Source of the DNA: Pavona decussata
Taxonomy: Eukaryota
Direction of reading: 5' to 3'
NCBI GenBank assembly: GCA_977016875.1
Contig: CDRNST010000038.1
Location: forward strand, 3,968,001 to 4,032,000
Length of the DNA: 64,000 nt
Shown piece by piece: positions 15,001-25,182 of the stretch; positions within the stretch are counted from its first letter, which is position 1, and each line of letters starts with the position of its first letter. The position numbers and the translations under genes are program-made. The notes beneath the pieces are model-generated. The model saw only the letters and a list, made by a program, of their open reading frames with translations. It did not search any database and was not told the origin of the DNA.

Positions 15001-16727
15001 TCTTTCTGTCTGTCCCTCTGTCTGTTTGTCTTTCTTTACTTTCTTTGTTTGCTTCTTTCGTCTGTCTTACTTCGTTCTTTCTTGTCACTCCATACAGTAT
15101 CCAAGACCAGCTAACAATAGCGAGTATCATCTCTTGGTTTATTACTCATCCTCATATTTACCCTCCTCCTCCTCTCTCCTCCTCCTCCTCCTCCTCATCA
15201 TCATCATCATTATCATTATCATTACCACCATCATGGTTGTCATCCACCCAATGCGTGACTAATAAGGCTTACAATCACAATCGTGATAATCACTATCATC
15301 TTCATGGCCATCATCATCATCATCAAAACTATGATGGCCTCCAAAAAGTAACTTTTAGGGGTCTCGTGGGCGTAATCCTATGCCAAAGCAAATTCCAGCA
15401 CCTTCATAACACCTTCGATATTTTCCAAATTGTCACAAGTAGCTATTACTACAACAAGGAAATATTTTCGGATAATGATCTCGTAACACTGGCAGTGTAG
15501 CGCATGTGAGATTTCCTTTTTCAGGAAAGCCCGAATTACAGGCCCAGTAATTCGAGTAATCTCGGGGAAACCCCGGGAATTGATTTTAAGTTTTTATTTA
15601 TTTTTTTTAGTTATATTTTAATTTTTAAGGCAATTTTGATGTGAAGCGCTTGTGGACATTTTAGGAATAAGCCCTATAGAAATAAATTATTACTATTATC
15701 ATTATCATTGTCATTATCATTATCATTATCATTATCATTATCATCTCGATTAGAGCCACTTTTTAGTGTATAGATAAATGTCTTCGTAGATTGTATACAT
15801 ACACTGCCGGCATGTGCGCTGTAATGCATGACTGAAATGTAGACAGGGTTTGATATTTGTTCCCGTGAACATTTTTCGTTCAAATCACAGGAGAACGTTC
15901 GACCTAGTAGACTGAATTGCAACTAACAGTTTGAAGCAAAACAGATTTAGGTTTAAGTAACTTTGATGGTATCCGAATACCGCCAGATTTTTTATAAACT
16001 TTTGCCAAACTTAATTTGTCCTTGTCCTTAAATTAAATTTATACCCGTTTTTGTAACGTTTCACAATACACTTTAGGTATAATCACGTTTTACGTCATGT
16101 GATGTGATCGCATCGCGTATCGATTTATACCAGTTAAAAACTTAAAAACAATTTTGTGTTAAGTTCAACGTTATTTACCTTTTAGGTGACGCGTATGTAA
16201 AGCGGCCCAAATTTACTTAAGTGAAGCTATTTTTTTGAATATGGGAAAACATTATTCTAAAAACGACATGACATGAGTTTGTAGTAACAAGATTTTTAAC
16301 AAGAAATTTCGTGGGTTTTCATAATTTAGTTAGCTAATTGTATGCCCTTTAAAATTACGTTACAATATTTGTTAAGATAGCATAAGAAAGAAAGAAAAAG
16401 GAAAACTTATTATAAATAGAGGAGAAGAAAGACAGAAAACGTTTCACAAGGTCGTGTGGCAGTGATTAATACTGAGCAAAATAATACTGGAAGAGAGGTC
16501 GTTTAAATAGATGTTTTGTTGGTTTTTGACGAATAGAAAAAAAAAGAAAAATAGTCAACAGTAGAGTTGCTAGCTAATACCTTTTAAACATTGATCTTTC
16601 CATCTATGCCCTCAATATTTGTCAAATATCAGTAATAATAGTAACAGTAATAATAATAATAACCTCTTTATTAAAATATTCTAAGCAAAATTGCTATTTA
16701 CAAGTTAAAAGTAGAAAAAAGGACTAA

Positions 16728-16765
<38 letters not shown>

Positions 16766-17881
16766 TGTTATAACGACAACAACAATAACAGTAACACGAT
16801 GCAACTGTGGTAACCAATTTTCGGTAAGTAATCGGTGGAGAGTGTCGACCTGCCTCATATTGTTATTATAAACTTTTTGTCAGTCCTCGTCCACAATCCA
16901 CAGTAATCCGGAAAAATTTAAAACCGGCGTTTTCACCCCGAATACGCATCATCACACTGGAGTTTTCGCAAAGTTTTGGCCGCTACGCTAAATATACGGT
17001 GGTGAATGCGCATGTTTCTCTTGTGGCGACCGCGTCTTTAGAAAAACTACGGTTTCGCCGTCCACATTGGCGTTTTCAAATGTATCTACGCTAGAGATCC
17101 TTTTTCGGTGGTCGAAAGCGCCGCTCTTTATTGAAGGGAAGGCGTAACCGGGGAAGGGGGGTGCGTTTTCAGATTTCTCCAGATTAGTGTGGACGGGGCG
17201 TTGGAATGTTTGTTAAACTTATTCGGAGCAGGGACCGAGCTTCCTGAACAGTAAGACCTTAGTAAAACGACATAAAAACAAAGTATTTGTTTTCCGTCAG
17301 ATACTGCTTGGAAGATTGGCGTTGGAGTTGGAGTTGGAGGCGCTGTGGCGGTGGGCGTCGCAGCGTATGGGATAAAACGTTTACTTCGACGCAAGAAAAA
17401 GAGAAGGTTAGTATTGTGATCTGAAGATGAAGGAAAAATAATGTTTTGTCTCATAGGAATTTTACTGCTTCGCAAATATGACGTGAAAGACTTTGCGACA
17501 AGAGTGCGCTATCATGTTGAAGTAAACTAAAACAAACCTGTTTCATCGTTTCATGTGCTAAATTAGTAGAACCTAGTGAGCAACACTTCCCATTGACACA
17601 GACGCAAGTTTTGAAAAAACCCAACCATTGTACTGTTAACGTCACTTATCGTCGTTGCTGATCGCTAGTGTAAGTTTCCTTATGGTCTTTGGCAGTCATA
17701 TTGCATCCGTCCCTTAGCTGTACCAGTGTTGAAGGCCATACTTTCATAAAACAAAACAATGATGCGTTCATGTTATTTTTTACATTGTTATTTCAGGGGT
17801 AACCAATCCACGGCTCCTCACCCATTGCAGAAAGAAAAAGGAAACACACTTGAAGAGATTAATATGGCAGCAGATTTGTAG
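41..17881 (+). CDS. Proprotein convertase subtilisin/kexin (furin/PC7-like, type I membrane), 3' part; 5' exons lie upstream of the window
   Basis: Phase-compatible GT-AG exons: 41-256 (GRMGLGSIYVFAAGNGG..DSCAFNGYVNSIYTIAI..ERC, oxyanion Asn), 1333-1433 (ITAD..C..FKASSAAAAMGSGLIALMLSA, catalytic Ser region), 2137-2249 (LTWRDVQHIII), 5269-5386 (GFGLMDA..NW.TVPP), 6945-7264 (P-domain LEHVEV..RRGDL..SPQGT..HWGE..W.L), 8413-8562 (WTLILHGT + S/T/P linker), 17301-17406 (TM IGVGVGVGGAVAVGVAAYGI then KRLLRRKKKR), 17797-17881 (tail, TAG). Confidence 0.92.
2290..3006 (+). mobile_element. Degraded non-LTR retrotransposon (CR1/L2-like) RT C-terminal fragment in convertase intron
   Basis: ORF pieces NNGMIANAGKFQAMVLG, LLGLNIDRKFIF.EHI..IC, YCSSVWHF, YGLHS.RYF..KTW.NL typical of LINE ORF2 C-termini; stop and frameshift present. 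Confidence 0.8.
3035..3540. mobile_element. Non-autonomous element with long terminal hairpin and asymmetric inverted repeats
   Basis: Imperfect hairpin 3035-3171 with GCGCAGC tip (3099-3105); IR ttctcaaatgatcaataattc (~3175) versus gaattacttatgagtttgagaa (~3518-3539); internal partial duplication; a related degenerate copy lies at ~6465-6735. Confidence 0.65.
3563..3737. mobile_element. Tc1/mariner-pogo-type MITE
   Basis: TIRs CAGTCGACTCCCGATAACTC / GAGTTGTCGGGAGTCGACTG flanked by TA on both sides; internal TAACTCGAAC repeats. Confidence 0.85.
6465..6735. repeat. Degenerate copy of the 3035-3540 element
   Basis: Shares cgaggcgca-ccgagtttttt, gtgttgatat, caataattcttggagaaattc and atgaattatt blocks. 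Confidence 0.6.
10000..10740 (-). mobile_element. 3' end of a CR1/L2-like LINE (RT C-terminus + 3'UTR)
   Basis: Minus-strand ORFs LGVSVDEHQTWKHHI..ICK.LSKSVGII, LQKRAVRAI, HSAPLF, HNYGTR, GPKMWNSLP..FKKK; (ATC)n microsatellite at 9968-10000 abuts its 3' end. Confidence 0.85.
11901..12130. repeat. ~119-bp tandem duplication adjacent to assembly gap
   Basis: tacagagtagctttggttagc...tatatgtacac occurs twice in tandem. Confidence 0.8.
12828..13570 (+). pseudogene. Intronic duplicate of the convertase terminal-exon tail + 3'UTR
   Basis: aacacacttgaagagattaatatggcagcagatttgtag and following sequence match 17843-18650 closely; flanked by ~320-bp direct repeats 12499-12820 and 13570-13905. Confidence 0.85.
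14404..14953. mobile_element. MITE with ~150-bp TIRs containing a nested 72-bp hairpin element (14567-14638)
   Basis: 14420-14554 is the reverse complement of 14810-14938; nested tagcctcccacgcagtcgtttttagggga...tcccctaaaaacgactgcgtgggaggcta. Confidence 0.8.
15163..15232. repeat. (CCT)n(CAT)n microsatellite
   Basis: Directly visible; further (ATC/ATT)n at ~15688-15745 and (AAT)n at ~16729-16764. Confidence 0.9.
16885..17200. mobile_element. Degenerate MITE (Harbinger-like termini)
   Basis: gtccac..taatccggaaaaatttaaaacc versus cgttttcagatttctccagattagtgtggacggggc; internal ggcgttttca repeats. Confidence 0.5.
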
Positions 17882-18515
17882 TATTTAAGTTATTTTACCT
17901 TCTTAAACAAATAGCACATCGCAGGGAAGGATTAAATGAGTTCAAACTCCCTCAAGCGTTGGCATGGGCTTCGCACACGCAAATTCCTTTTATAAATCAT
18001 AATTAAGCTGCTGTATATTCGAACATTTCGCAAACGGAATGTACCAATTTAAAGGACACTTTATAAGCCACTTTTTTTAATTGCTTCAAAATGGCGCACA
18101 CTATACCCTCAGAATGTGCCATTTTGAAGAAATTCCAAAGTCTAGGTGAGTGTAGTCAGTGATGTCTTGTTCTTCTCCTTCTCCGATTTAAAATTTGTCA
18201 AGATAGCGAGAATTCCGGCTTACTGACGGAATGCGTTCTGTTTCTGTCTTTTCTCGTTTTGTGTTCTTATTATTTGGCTAATATTGTAGTTTAGAAAACG
18301 TTTTTAAGATCAAGTAGCAAAGGTAGAAAATACGGATATGGTGACGTCATTTGTCAATATGTCGCTCATAACAGAATCATACGAAAAATATTTATCTGAT
18401 CCGGATATAGTTCCTTATGGAATTTAACCTGCAGCCGTCAAACTTCAGTAGAACACTCCCGTTCACGTAAAGAGAAGTTCTAACAAGCTTGAGCGAGACG
18501 TTATATCATTGTAAG

Positions 18516-19490
18516 ACATTACAGGTATAAGAAAATTCAAGAAGAACGGCTGCTTGGGTTTCTATCTTTTATTATTTTTTAAATTGCGTTTTTCTTAAAT
18601 TTTTCTTTTAGGAAAAGGGGAAAGAAACACTAATTTATTAAAACTTTCAGGTGTCGTAATTTACATGTAAGTCCTCGAATTAGTTTATTTGGTTTTGGTG
18701 TCCTTAAATTTTGTTAGGGTGGATATAAAATTAGTGATGATATAAATAGTTTTAATTGTATAGAACGCGCTTGGCCGCTTATGCTTTGTAGAAAATCAAG
18801 TCGGCCAAGCCCAGCTTGCGGTGAGAGGTTTTGTTAATATTTAACATGAAGTTATTATCGAAGTTTTTTTTTTTATAGCGAATGGTTTAAAACCATATTT
18901 TATCAAAAGGATAATTTATTGAAAAAAATAGAGTGTATTTTATTATAAATTATATGATTAACAAATGATTATTAAATATAATTATATATAATGATAATAT
19001 CTATCATGATTAATACATTACAGGTATAAGAAAATTTAAGAAGAACGGCTGCTCGTGTTTCTATCTTTTTGAATTGCGTTTTTCTTAATTTTTTTTTAGG
19101 AAAAAAGGAAAGAAACACAAATTTATTAAAACTTTGAGGTGTCGTAATTTACATGTAAATCCTCGAATTAGTTTATTTGGTTTTGGTGTCCTTAAATTGT
19201 GTTAGGGTGGATATAAAATTAGTGATGATATAAATAGTTTTAATTGTATAGAACGCTCTTAGCCGCTTATGCTTTGTAGAAAATCAAGTCAGCCAAGCCC
19301 AGCTTGCGGTGAGAGGTTTTGTTAATATTTAACATGAAGTTATTATCAAAGTTTTTTTTATAGAGAATGGGTTAAAACCATATGTGATCTAGAGGATAAT
19401 TTATTGAAAAAAATAGAGTGTATTTTATGATAAATTATATGATTTACAAATGATTATTAAATATAATTATATACAATGATAATATCTATT
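18516..19490. repeat. ~500-bp tandem duplication downstream of the convertase stop, before the gap
   Basis: acattacaggtataagaaaatt starts copies at ~18516 and ~19015, highly similar with scattered substitutions. Confidence 0.85.
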
Positions 19491-20139
19491 ATACAGAGAT
19501 AACAGTGTTTGCAAAAATGTTTTCTTTTCCCACCCCCTTCTGTAGAATTTGGAGAAATTATGCTGGATTACTTGATAAATGTTGCCCTCGTGGTGCGGAG
19601 GGNNNNNNNNNNNNNNNNNNNNNNNNNNNNNNNNNNNNNNNNNNNNNNNNNNNNNNNNNNNNNNNNNNNNNNNNNNNNNNNNNNNNNNNNNNNNNNNNNN
19701 NNNNNNNNNNNNNNNNNNNNNNNNNNNNNNNNNNNNNNNNNNNNNNNNNNNNNNNNNNNNNNNNNNNNNNNNNNNNNNNNNNNNNNNNNNNNNNNNNTGG
19801 AAAAGTGTTTATCACTCGCTCCAAAATCATATTTTGACACAAAATGGGAGCCCGAAGATTTACAAACGAAGTTGTTCTGTAACGATGGTAATATGTTTTC
19901 TCAAGAGAAGTTCAAGGTATTTACTAAAAATACTAGTTGGGCTCCAAGTTTCTGAGAAGTTTTTAGCAATTCTTGGAACAGTGCGATAGTCATGTTACTC
20001 CCGTGTTATTTTCTTTACATTGGCTACCAGTCAAATTTAGACTTGATTTTAAGATTTTAATAATTACAGTACTGTTAAAGCCATACATGGCCAAGCACCT
20101 GATTACATTTGTAATCTCATTAATGTTAGGAATTTTTCC

Positions 20140-20460
20140 TCAACATCTTTGAGGCTGGGCACTGATGGTTGATATTGTGTTACCAAAGGCAATATTTGTT
20201 TGGGGGTGTTGTCTTTTTGCTTCAATGCCAATGACCTTTCTGTAAATTTGACATCTGATAAAAAATCTTTCAATCGGGTTATTTGGGTAGCCTCTAGCAA
20301 GGAGTCGTGATTTAATTCTTTTTAATTATTTTCCTCAAATGTTGTTTTTGAGGAGTTTGTTCGCAGGAGCCTTAGGGCTTCGTCCATAACAAATCCTTTT
20401 TTGACTCGTGGTGGGTGGCCAGAGAAAAAATGCGTGTATTGAAAGGTTTCAGTCGGCCTG
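20140..20460 (-). mobile_element. Penelope-like retroelement fragment
   Basis: Minus strand TETFQYTHF..HPP.VKKGF...EALRLLRTNSS and ILPLVTQYQPSVPSLK; homologous to 47255-48625. Confidence 0.75.
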
Positions 20461-20932
20461 TGAGTTGAATGTTCCTGCTATAATTTGTCGTTGTTGTTGT
20501 TGCGTGAATTATTTTATTCATCGATTTTTCGCTTGATTAATTTTCAAAACAGAGGCCAGTGGTTGATTTCTGGAAGGCTGCTAGCCATAAAGAGTGGTTT
20601 GCCGGATCAAGTCCACCGTAAGGCGGCCGAAGGTCTGCTGCTGTACCAGTACACAAAAGGATTTCATATTGTTTTCTGTTTGTTTGGTATTGTTTGCTAG
20701 TAATGTCACTGCAGTGCAAGCAGCTTAAGGAACAGAGGTTTCACAAAGCCTTGTCTTCTTCGCAGCGAGAGTTTTATGAATGTCTCTTCCCTAAATTTGA
20801 ACAACCACTCCCGCTCTTATATATAACTGAAATATCAAAACATCATTGATGCGTAACTAACTTGGCTGAGAAAACTTAAAACTTTTTCACTTTCTTATTG
20901 GTGGGTGATTCCGCTCCTTTTTTTGTTCTCTA

Positions 20933-21299
20933 AAGACTGCGACATACCTGGCGATTTTATGCGCCGATCTCAGCGAATTTGATTGCCAGCGAATTTCGCC
21001 TCCGTTTAATGCGGACACACTTGGCGATTTTTTTCGCCGATCGCGGCGATGTGGCAGTTTCGAAAAGTCATGTGATAAAATTACCCAACCTGATGGGTTG
21101 ACTTTACTGGCTATTCGCAGTGATGAACGTAGAAAATCGCGGGAACGGGCACACTTGGCGAATGCCGGCGAAGTTAATCAGATATCGGCGATTTTATACG
21201 GCGATCGACGAAAATCACAATCGCTCCACCGGACACACCTGGCGATTTTCGCCGATCGCGGTGATCGGCGTATTAAATCGCCAGGTGTGTCGCTGGCTT
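20933..21299. mobile_element. MITE with TIRs and internal repeats
   Basis: gcgacatacctggcgattt (20939) versus aaatcgccaggtgtgtcgc (21275-21293); repeated cacacYtggcga and cgccgatcgcgg. Confidence 0.75.
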
Positions 21300-21384
21300 A
21301 ATACAGTGGATACGTCCAAGTCAAGTTGCAGGCTGATTACAAAGTGATAGTCAGTTGATAGTAATTCAATCTGCAATATGTTCA

Positions 21385-21852
21385 AGGATATGTCAAGATT
21401 GAACTTGCGACCCCGTTTCAGCAGTGCGGGATGGAACAAGAGCTAAAACGAGGACCCTTCTTTTCTTAAAAATTCCGTTTCAGCTAAAATCAATTTACAC
21501 TTCCTTCAGCAATGCAAGAATAGAAAATGAACATCAACATAGAGGGAAGAAATAAGGAAGTCAGCTCAACCAAGCTATCTGGTTTTCAGCCCAAGTGTGG
21601 TTAAAACCAGAAATACCAGATGAACGGATGAACTTGCTACCTCTGTTCAAAACAGATAATGAGAATTGAAGAGGTGCGTTTTTAAATTTACAGCCTTTCA
21701 TGATTGATAGCTCGGTTGAGCTGACTTCCTTGTTTCTTCCCTCTATGTTGATGTTCATTTTCTATTCTTGTTCTGGCTCGTGCTCCATCCCGCACTGTTG
21801 AAATGAGGTCGCGAGTTCAATCTTGACTGTAAACAGAGATCTCACATATCCT
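21385..21852. repeat. Fold-back repeat; related sequence at 34180-34220 and 44845-45031
   Basis: 21392-21443 inverts to 21776-21828 and 21515-21579 inverts to 21706-21770; the reverse complement of 21595-21770 matches 44856-45031. Confidence 0.75.
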
Positions 21853-22499
21853 TGTGATCAGAAGACACTGCCAGATGTCTTCCCTAATTTGCAACAAGAT
21901 TTTTTCAACTCGTAAAGTTTACCAGTCTGTCTTGAAAAAGGGGATGCGAAAAATGTAGTCACTTACTCACGCTTAACGTTTAAGAGTTTAATACGTGCTT
22001 TTTTATTTTAATCCACTACGCTTGTGCAGTAGTTTGACTGATTGTAGCGGGGAAAGGGGGAGGTAGGTGGGGGTAGCACGGAGGGGTGGATGCCACCACT
22101 GTTAGGTTTTTCTCTGAAATTTTCAAGATGTCTTGTGAGCCTGTCTCCCGCCCTTAGTGACAAATTGTTCAACCCTAGGACACGTTTTAGCAAAGCTTTG
22201 TGAGAATTCGATGTAAGAGATTCACCATTCGCACCTTGAAGGATATTTTATTTATTCCAGCCCCTGAAGAATAAAATATTACTAAGAGTTGCGGTCGTTA
22301 AAGAGAGTGAATAGAAAACGGTGGCGGGGTCCCTCTTGCGATCTTGACAAGTAATCAGGGTAGCTCGTGTAGAAATTTCGGTGCCGTTCCTTTTTTCTTT
22401 CTTATAATCTAAAAACCGAGATTACGTCTGCAATTTTCACAGAACGGAAGACATGCGTTAGTGCCGTCGTTATACAAGGCACATTCGGATTTCCAACTT

Positions 22500-23633
22500 T
22501 TCAGCTGGTTCTTCATTGTTATTGTCCTTCAGTTGAACTCCAAGTCGGTGGTCGAACTGTTGCACTGCTGTGACTAACTTTCAAGTGCACGACGTACAGA
22601 TCTGTTGAGACCCTCTTGTTCTCCCTCTTCAGGATATTGGCTGCTTCTCTTGACGATACCTGACTATGTCTGTAAATCTCCTCTAAACATCTCCAGACGG
22701 TTGCGCGTTCAACAACATACTTTTCATCCTGCAGCGGACGTTTCTTTTGGCGCAGAAGGGAAGAGAGAAAGATTTTTAATTCATCTTGAGAAGAAATGTA
22801 TGCCGCCGATCGGATTTCTGAACGGTAGGGGTATTTGACGTACGCCTGGATTAATCATCGAAAAAAAAATTATGCCAAGGGCCCAAACATCCGCCTGCAG
22901 GAAGTCACCGATCGATGCTCCAAATATGAGTATCTCCCTGACAAAAAGTTCTGGTGCCTCATATACCACTGTCCTTCTATCAATGTTGTTTGTTTTCGAG
23001 GCAACAAAAGACTGCGTTTGAACGAATAAGGAACGATCGGTCAGCTTGCAGGCAACAGGCCTGGATTCAAATTGCTGCAAAATTTCATTGTCATCTGACA
23101 ATGTACAATAGTGTAGATTGCTTATCAGTATGTTTGCTGGATTTAGATCCCTATGCGATAATTTATTTTGCTGCATGGCGGATTGACTACCTCACAGAGT
23201 CCAACACAGTTGAACTCGTCGATTTGTAACAGAAAATCGGAGAACGAATGTGCACGCAAATCATCGTGACCAAAGTGCTTGAAATCAAAATAGCCGTATT
23301 CGAGTATCATGGCAAGTGGCTGGAAGGAAACCCCTTTCAGTCGCACAATATTTGGATGATACAAGTCGTTGAGAAGTTAAACTTCTTTATAGAAAAGCTT
23401 CTTCTCTTCTTGATCAAGGACTTGCAGCATTTTCTTGATAAAAACAGTTTGACATTTCGTGTCTCCTGAACCTTTGTACTCGATCGTGTATACGTCTCCA
23501 AAGGAAACTTGCCCTATTCTCCGTTTCATTGGCAATTCGCTACATTTAAAGCGTGGGATGTCTTCACAAATTTACTTTCAGGTGACCTTTTTCGTAACAG
23601 CTGAGGAAGCTTAAAGTTGCGAAACATCGACAT
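22500..23633 (-). pseudogene. Intronless protein kinase pseudogene
   Basis: ATG at 23633 (-); IGQVSFGDVY (Gly loop), IKK, KEV*LL, HPNIVRLKG, ILEY, HRDLNPANILI, KLTD (DFG deleted), YEAPELF, ADVWALG; in-frame stop and frameshifts. Confidence 0.85.
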
Positions 23634-24320
23634 AGCCGAAGTTTGTGGTCCGCTCTACATGTGACATAATTTTCGCGCCAAAATGCTTACGTTTGTCTCA
23701 CGTGCGATAGCCGACCTTCGACCGGCTTAATGCAAGCCATTGTTTTGTCACACCAACATTGATTAACATTGCATTTAAGTTTTGTAATGAGCTTCAAAAC
23801 ACAAAACTGTTTAACGCAAATTTCGGAGCAAGTTGACGCGAGACATACAAAACAAGGGAAAAATGTATTTTAAGGACACGTTCAAAATATATTATGTTCG
23901 AGATCACATTTCAGGGAAACAGCCCCTAATTGAAGGAAGCACTTTATTTATATATTGTTGACAATTTGGCCGAAATTGTACTAGGTGTTGCTTGAAAATA
24001 TGAAATATTAACAGCATCATAACATTAGAGTATCACAAGGATAACCCTCAGGTTCGTTGACTCGTCCCGGAAGTCCGCATCTACAGACGTGGTTTCAGAA
24101 AATTTAATCGTCAAAAAAGGTCAAACTCATTGAATCAACACGATTAAGAATCACACTAGCAGTGTTTGCTCTGACATCAGTTGCTCAGGAAAGCCACCGG
24201 CGATCATCACATTGTTTCGCCGTATGATAAAGTTCTACTGATTTCTCGAAGTTCAGAGACGCTAACCGCCGCCCCCCCCCCCCCCCCCCCACCTCAAAAA
24301 AAAAAAAGAAAGAAAAGAAC

Positions 24321-24992
24321 CATTCAGATATGGATTAGGGCAGCCAGCCAGAAATTTGTTTTTGCACAAATAGTTGTTTTCTCTTAATCTTGAACCCACT
24401 TTTGAAGACCTACCTTCAGCAACACAGGATGAAATGACATTGGTAAGAACAAGCTCTTCTTCTGTTTGACGCAATCCTCAAATACCAGTAGTACTTCCTT
24501 CAGCAATACAGGAAAGGAAAATGGGCATTGCAACTCAAGATAACATTCAGATGTGGTTTAGGGCAGCCAGCCAGCAATTTTTTTTCGGCAGATAGTTGCT
24601 TTCTATAAATCTGGTCCCACTTTTCAAGACCTACCTTCAGCAAAACAGGATGAAATAACATTGGTAAGAACAAGCTCTTGCTCTGTTTGACGCAATCCTC
24701 AAATACCAGTGGTACTTCCTTCAGCAATACAGGAAAGGAGAATGGTCATCGCAACTCAAGATAACATTCAGATGTGGATTAGGGCAGCCAGCCAGCAATT
24801 TTTTTTTTTTTTTTGGCAAATAGTTGATTTCTATTAATATTGAACCCACCTTTCAAGACCTACCTTCAGCAACACAGGATGAAATGATATTGGTAACAAC
24901 AAGCTCTTGTTCTGTTTAACGCAATCCTCAAATACCAGTGGTACTTCCTTCAGCAATACAGGAAAGGAAAATAGTCATTGCAACTCAAGATA
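24321..24992 (+). repeat. 3 x ~222-bp tandem repeat in the promoter of BRICHOS gene 1
   Basis: Units begin cattcagatRtggWttagggcagccagccag at 24321, 24544, 24765. Confidence 0.9.
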
Positions 24993-25065
24993 TCAGTGGA
25001 AATAAGGGAAATAATTGAATCATTCACCTCATCATGATCAGTATCGTCTTACAGGGCAAAAACCC

Positions 25066-25071
25066 TATAAA
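25066..25071 (+). promoter_or_regulatory. TATA box of BRICHOS gene 1
   Basis: ccctataaatt 117 bp upstream of the ATG; identical in the paralog (38430-38435). Confidence 0.55.
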
Positions 25072-25182
25072 TTGCAACGATCACCGCTTGAAATCTCAGG
25101 ATCTGTTTTAGAGTGGTAACAAGTCCATCTGCTCAGCCGGTGTTTTTGGTTTATAGTTTGAATACCAGAGAAAGATTTTGTC

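Noticed and set aside
14849-15500. 137-aa and 189-aa ORFs
   Set aside because: Arise from microsatellite and low-complexity sequence inside an intron.
18516-19490. Biologically meaningful tandem duplication (also 11901-12130)
   Set aside because: Both lie next to N-gaps and may be overlap or haplotype assembly artefacts; cannot be resolved here.
19505-19989. ORFs spanning N runs (also 11652-11990)
   Set aside because: Artefacts of translating through gaps.
24321-24992. CRISPR-like or coding repeat array
   Set aside because: Contiguous ~220-bp units with no unique spacers, in a eukaryotic context.
24997-25018. NF-kB site upstream of the TATA box
   Set aside because: GGGAAATAAT does not fit GGGRNNYYCC.
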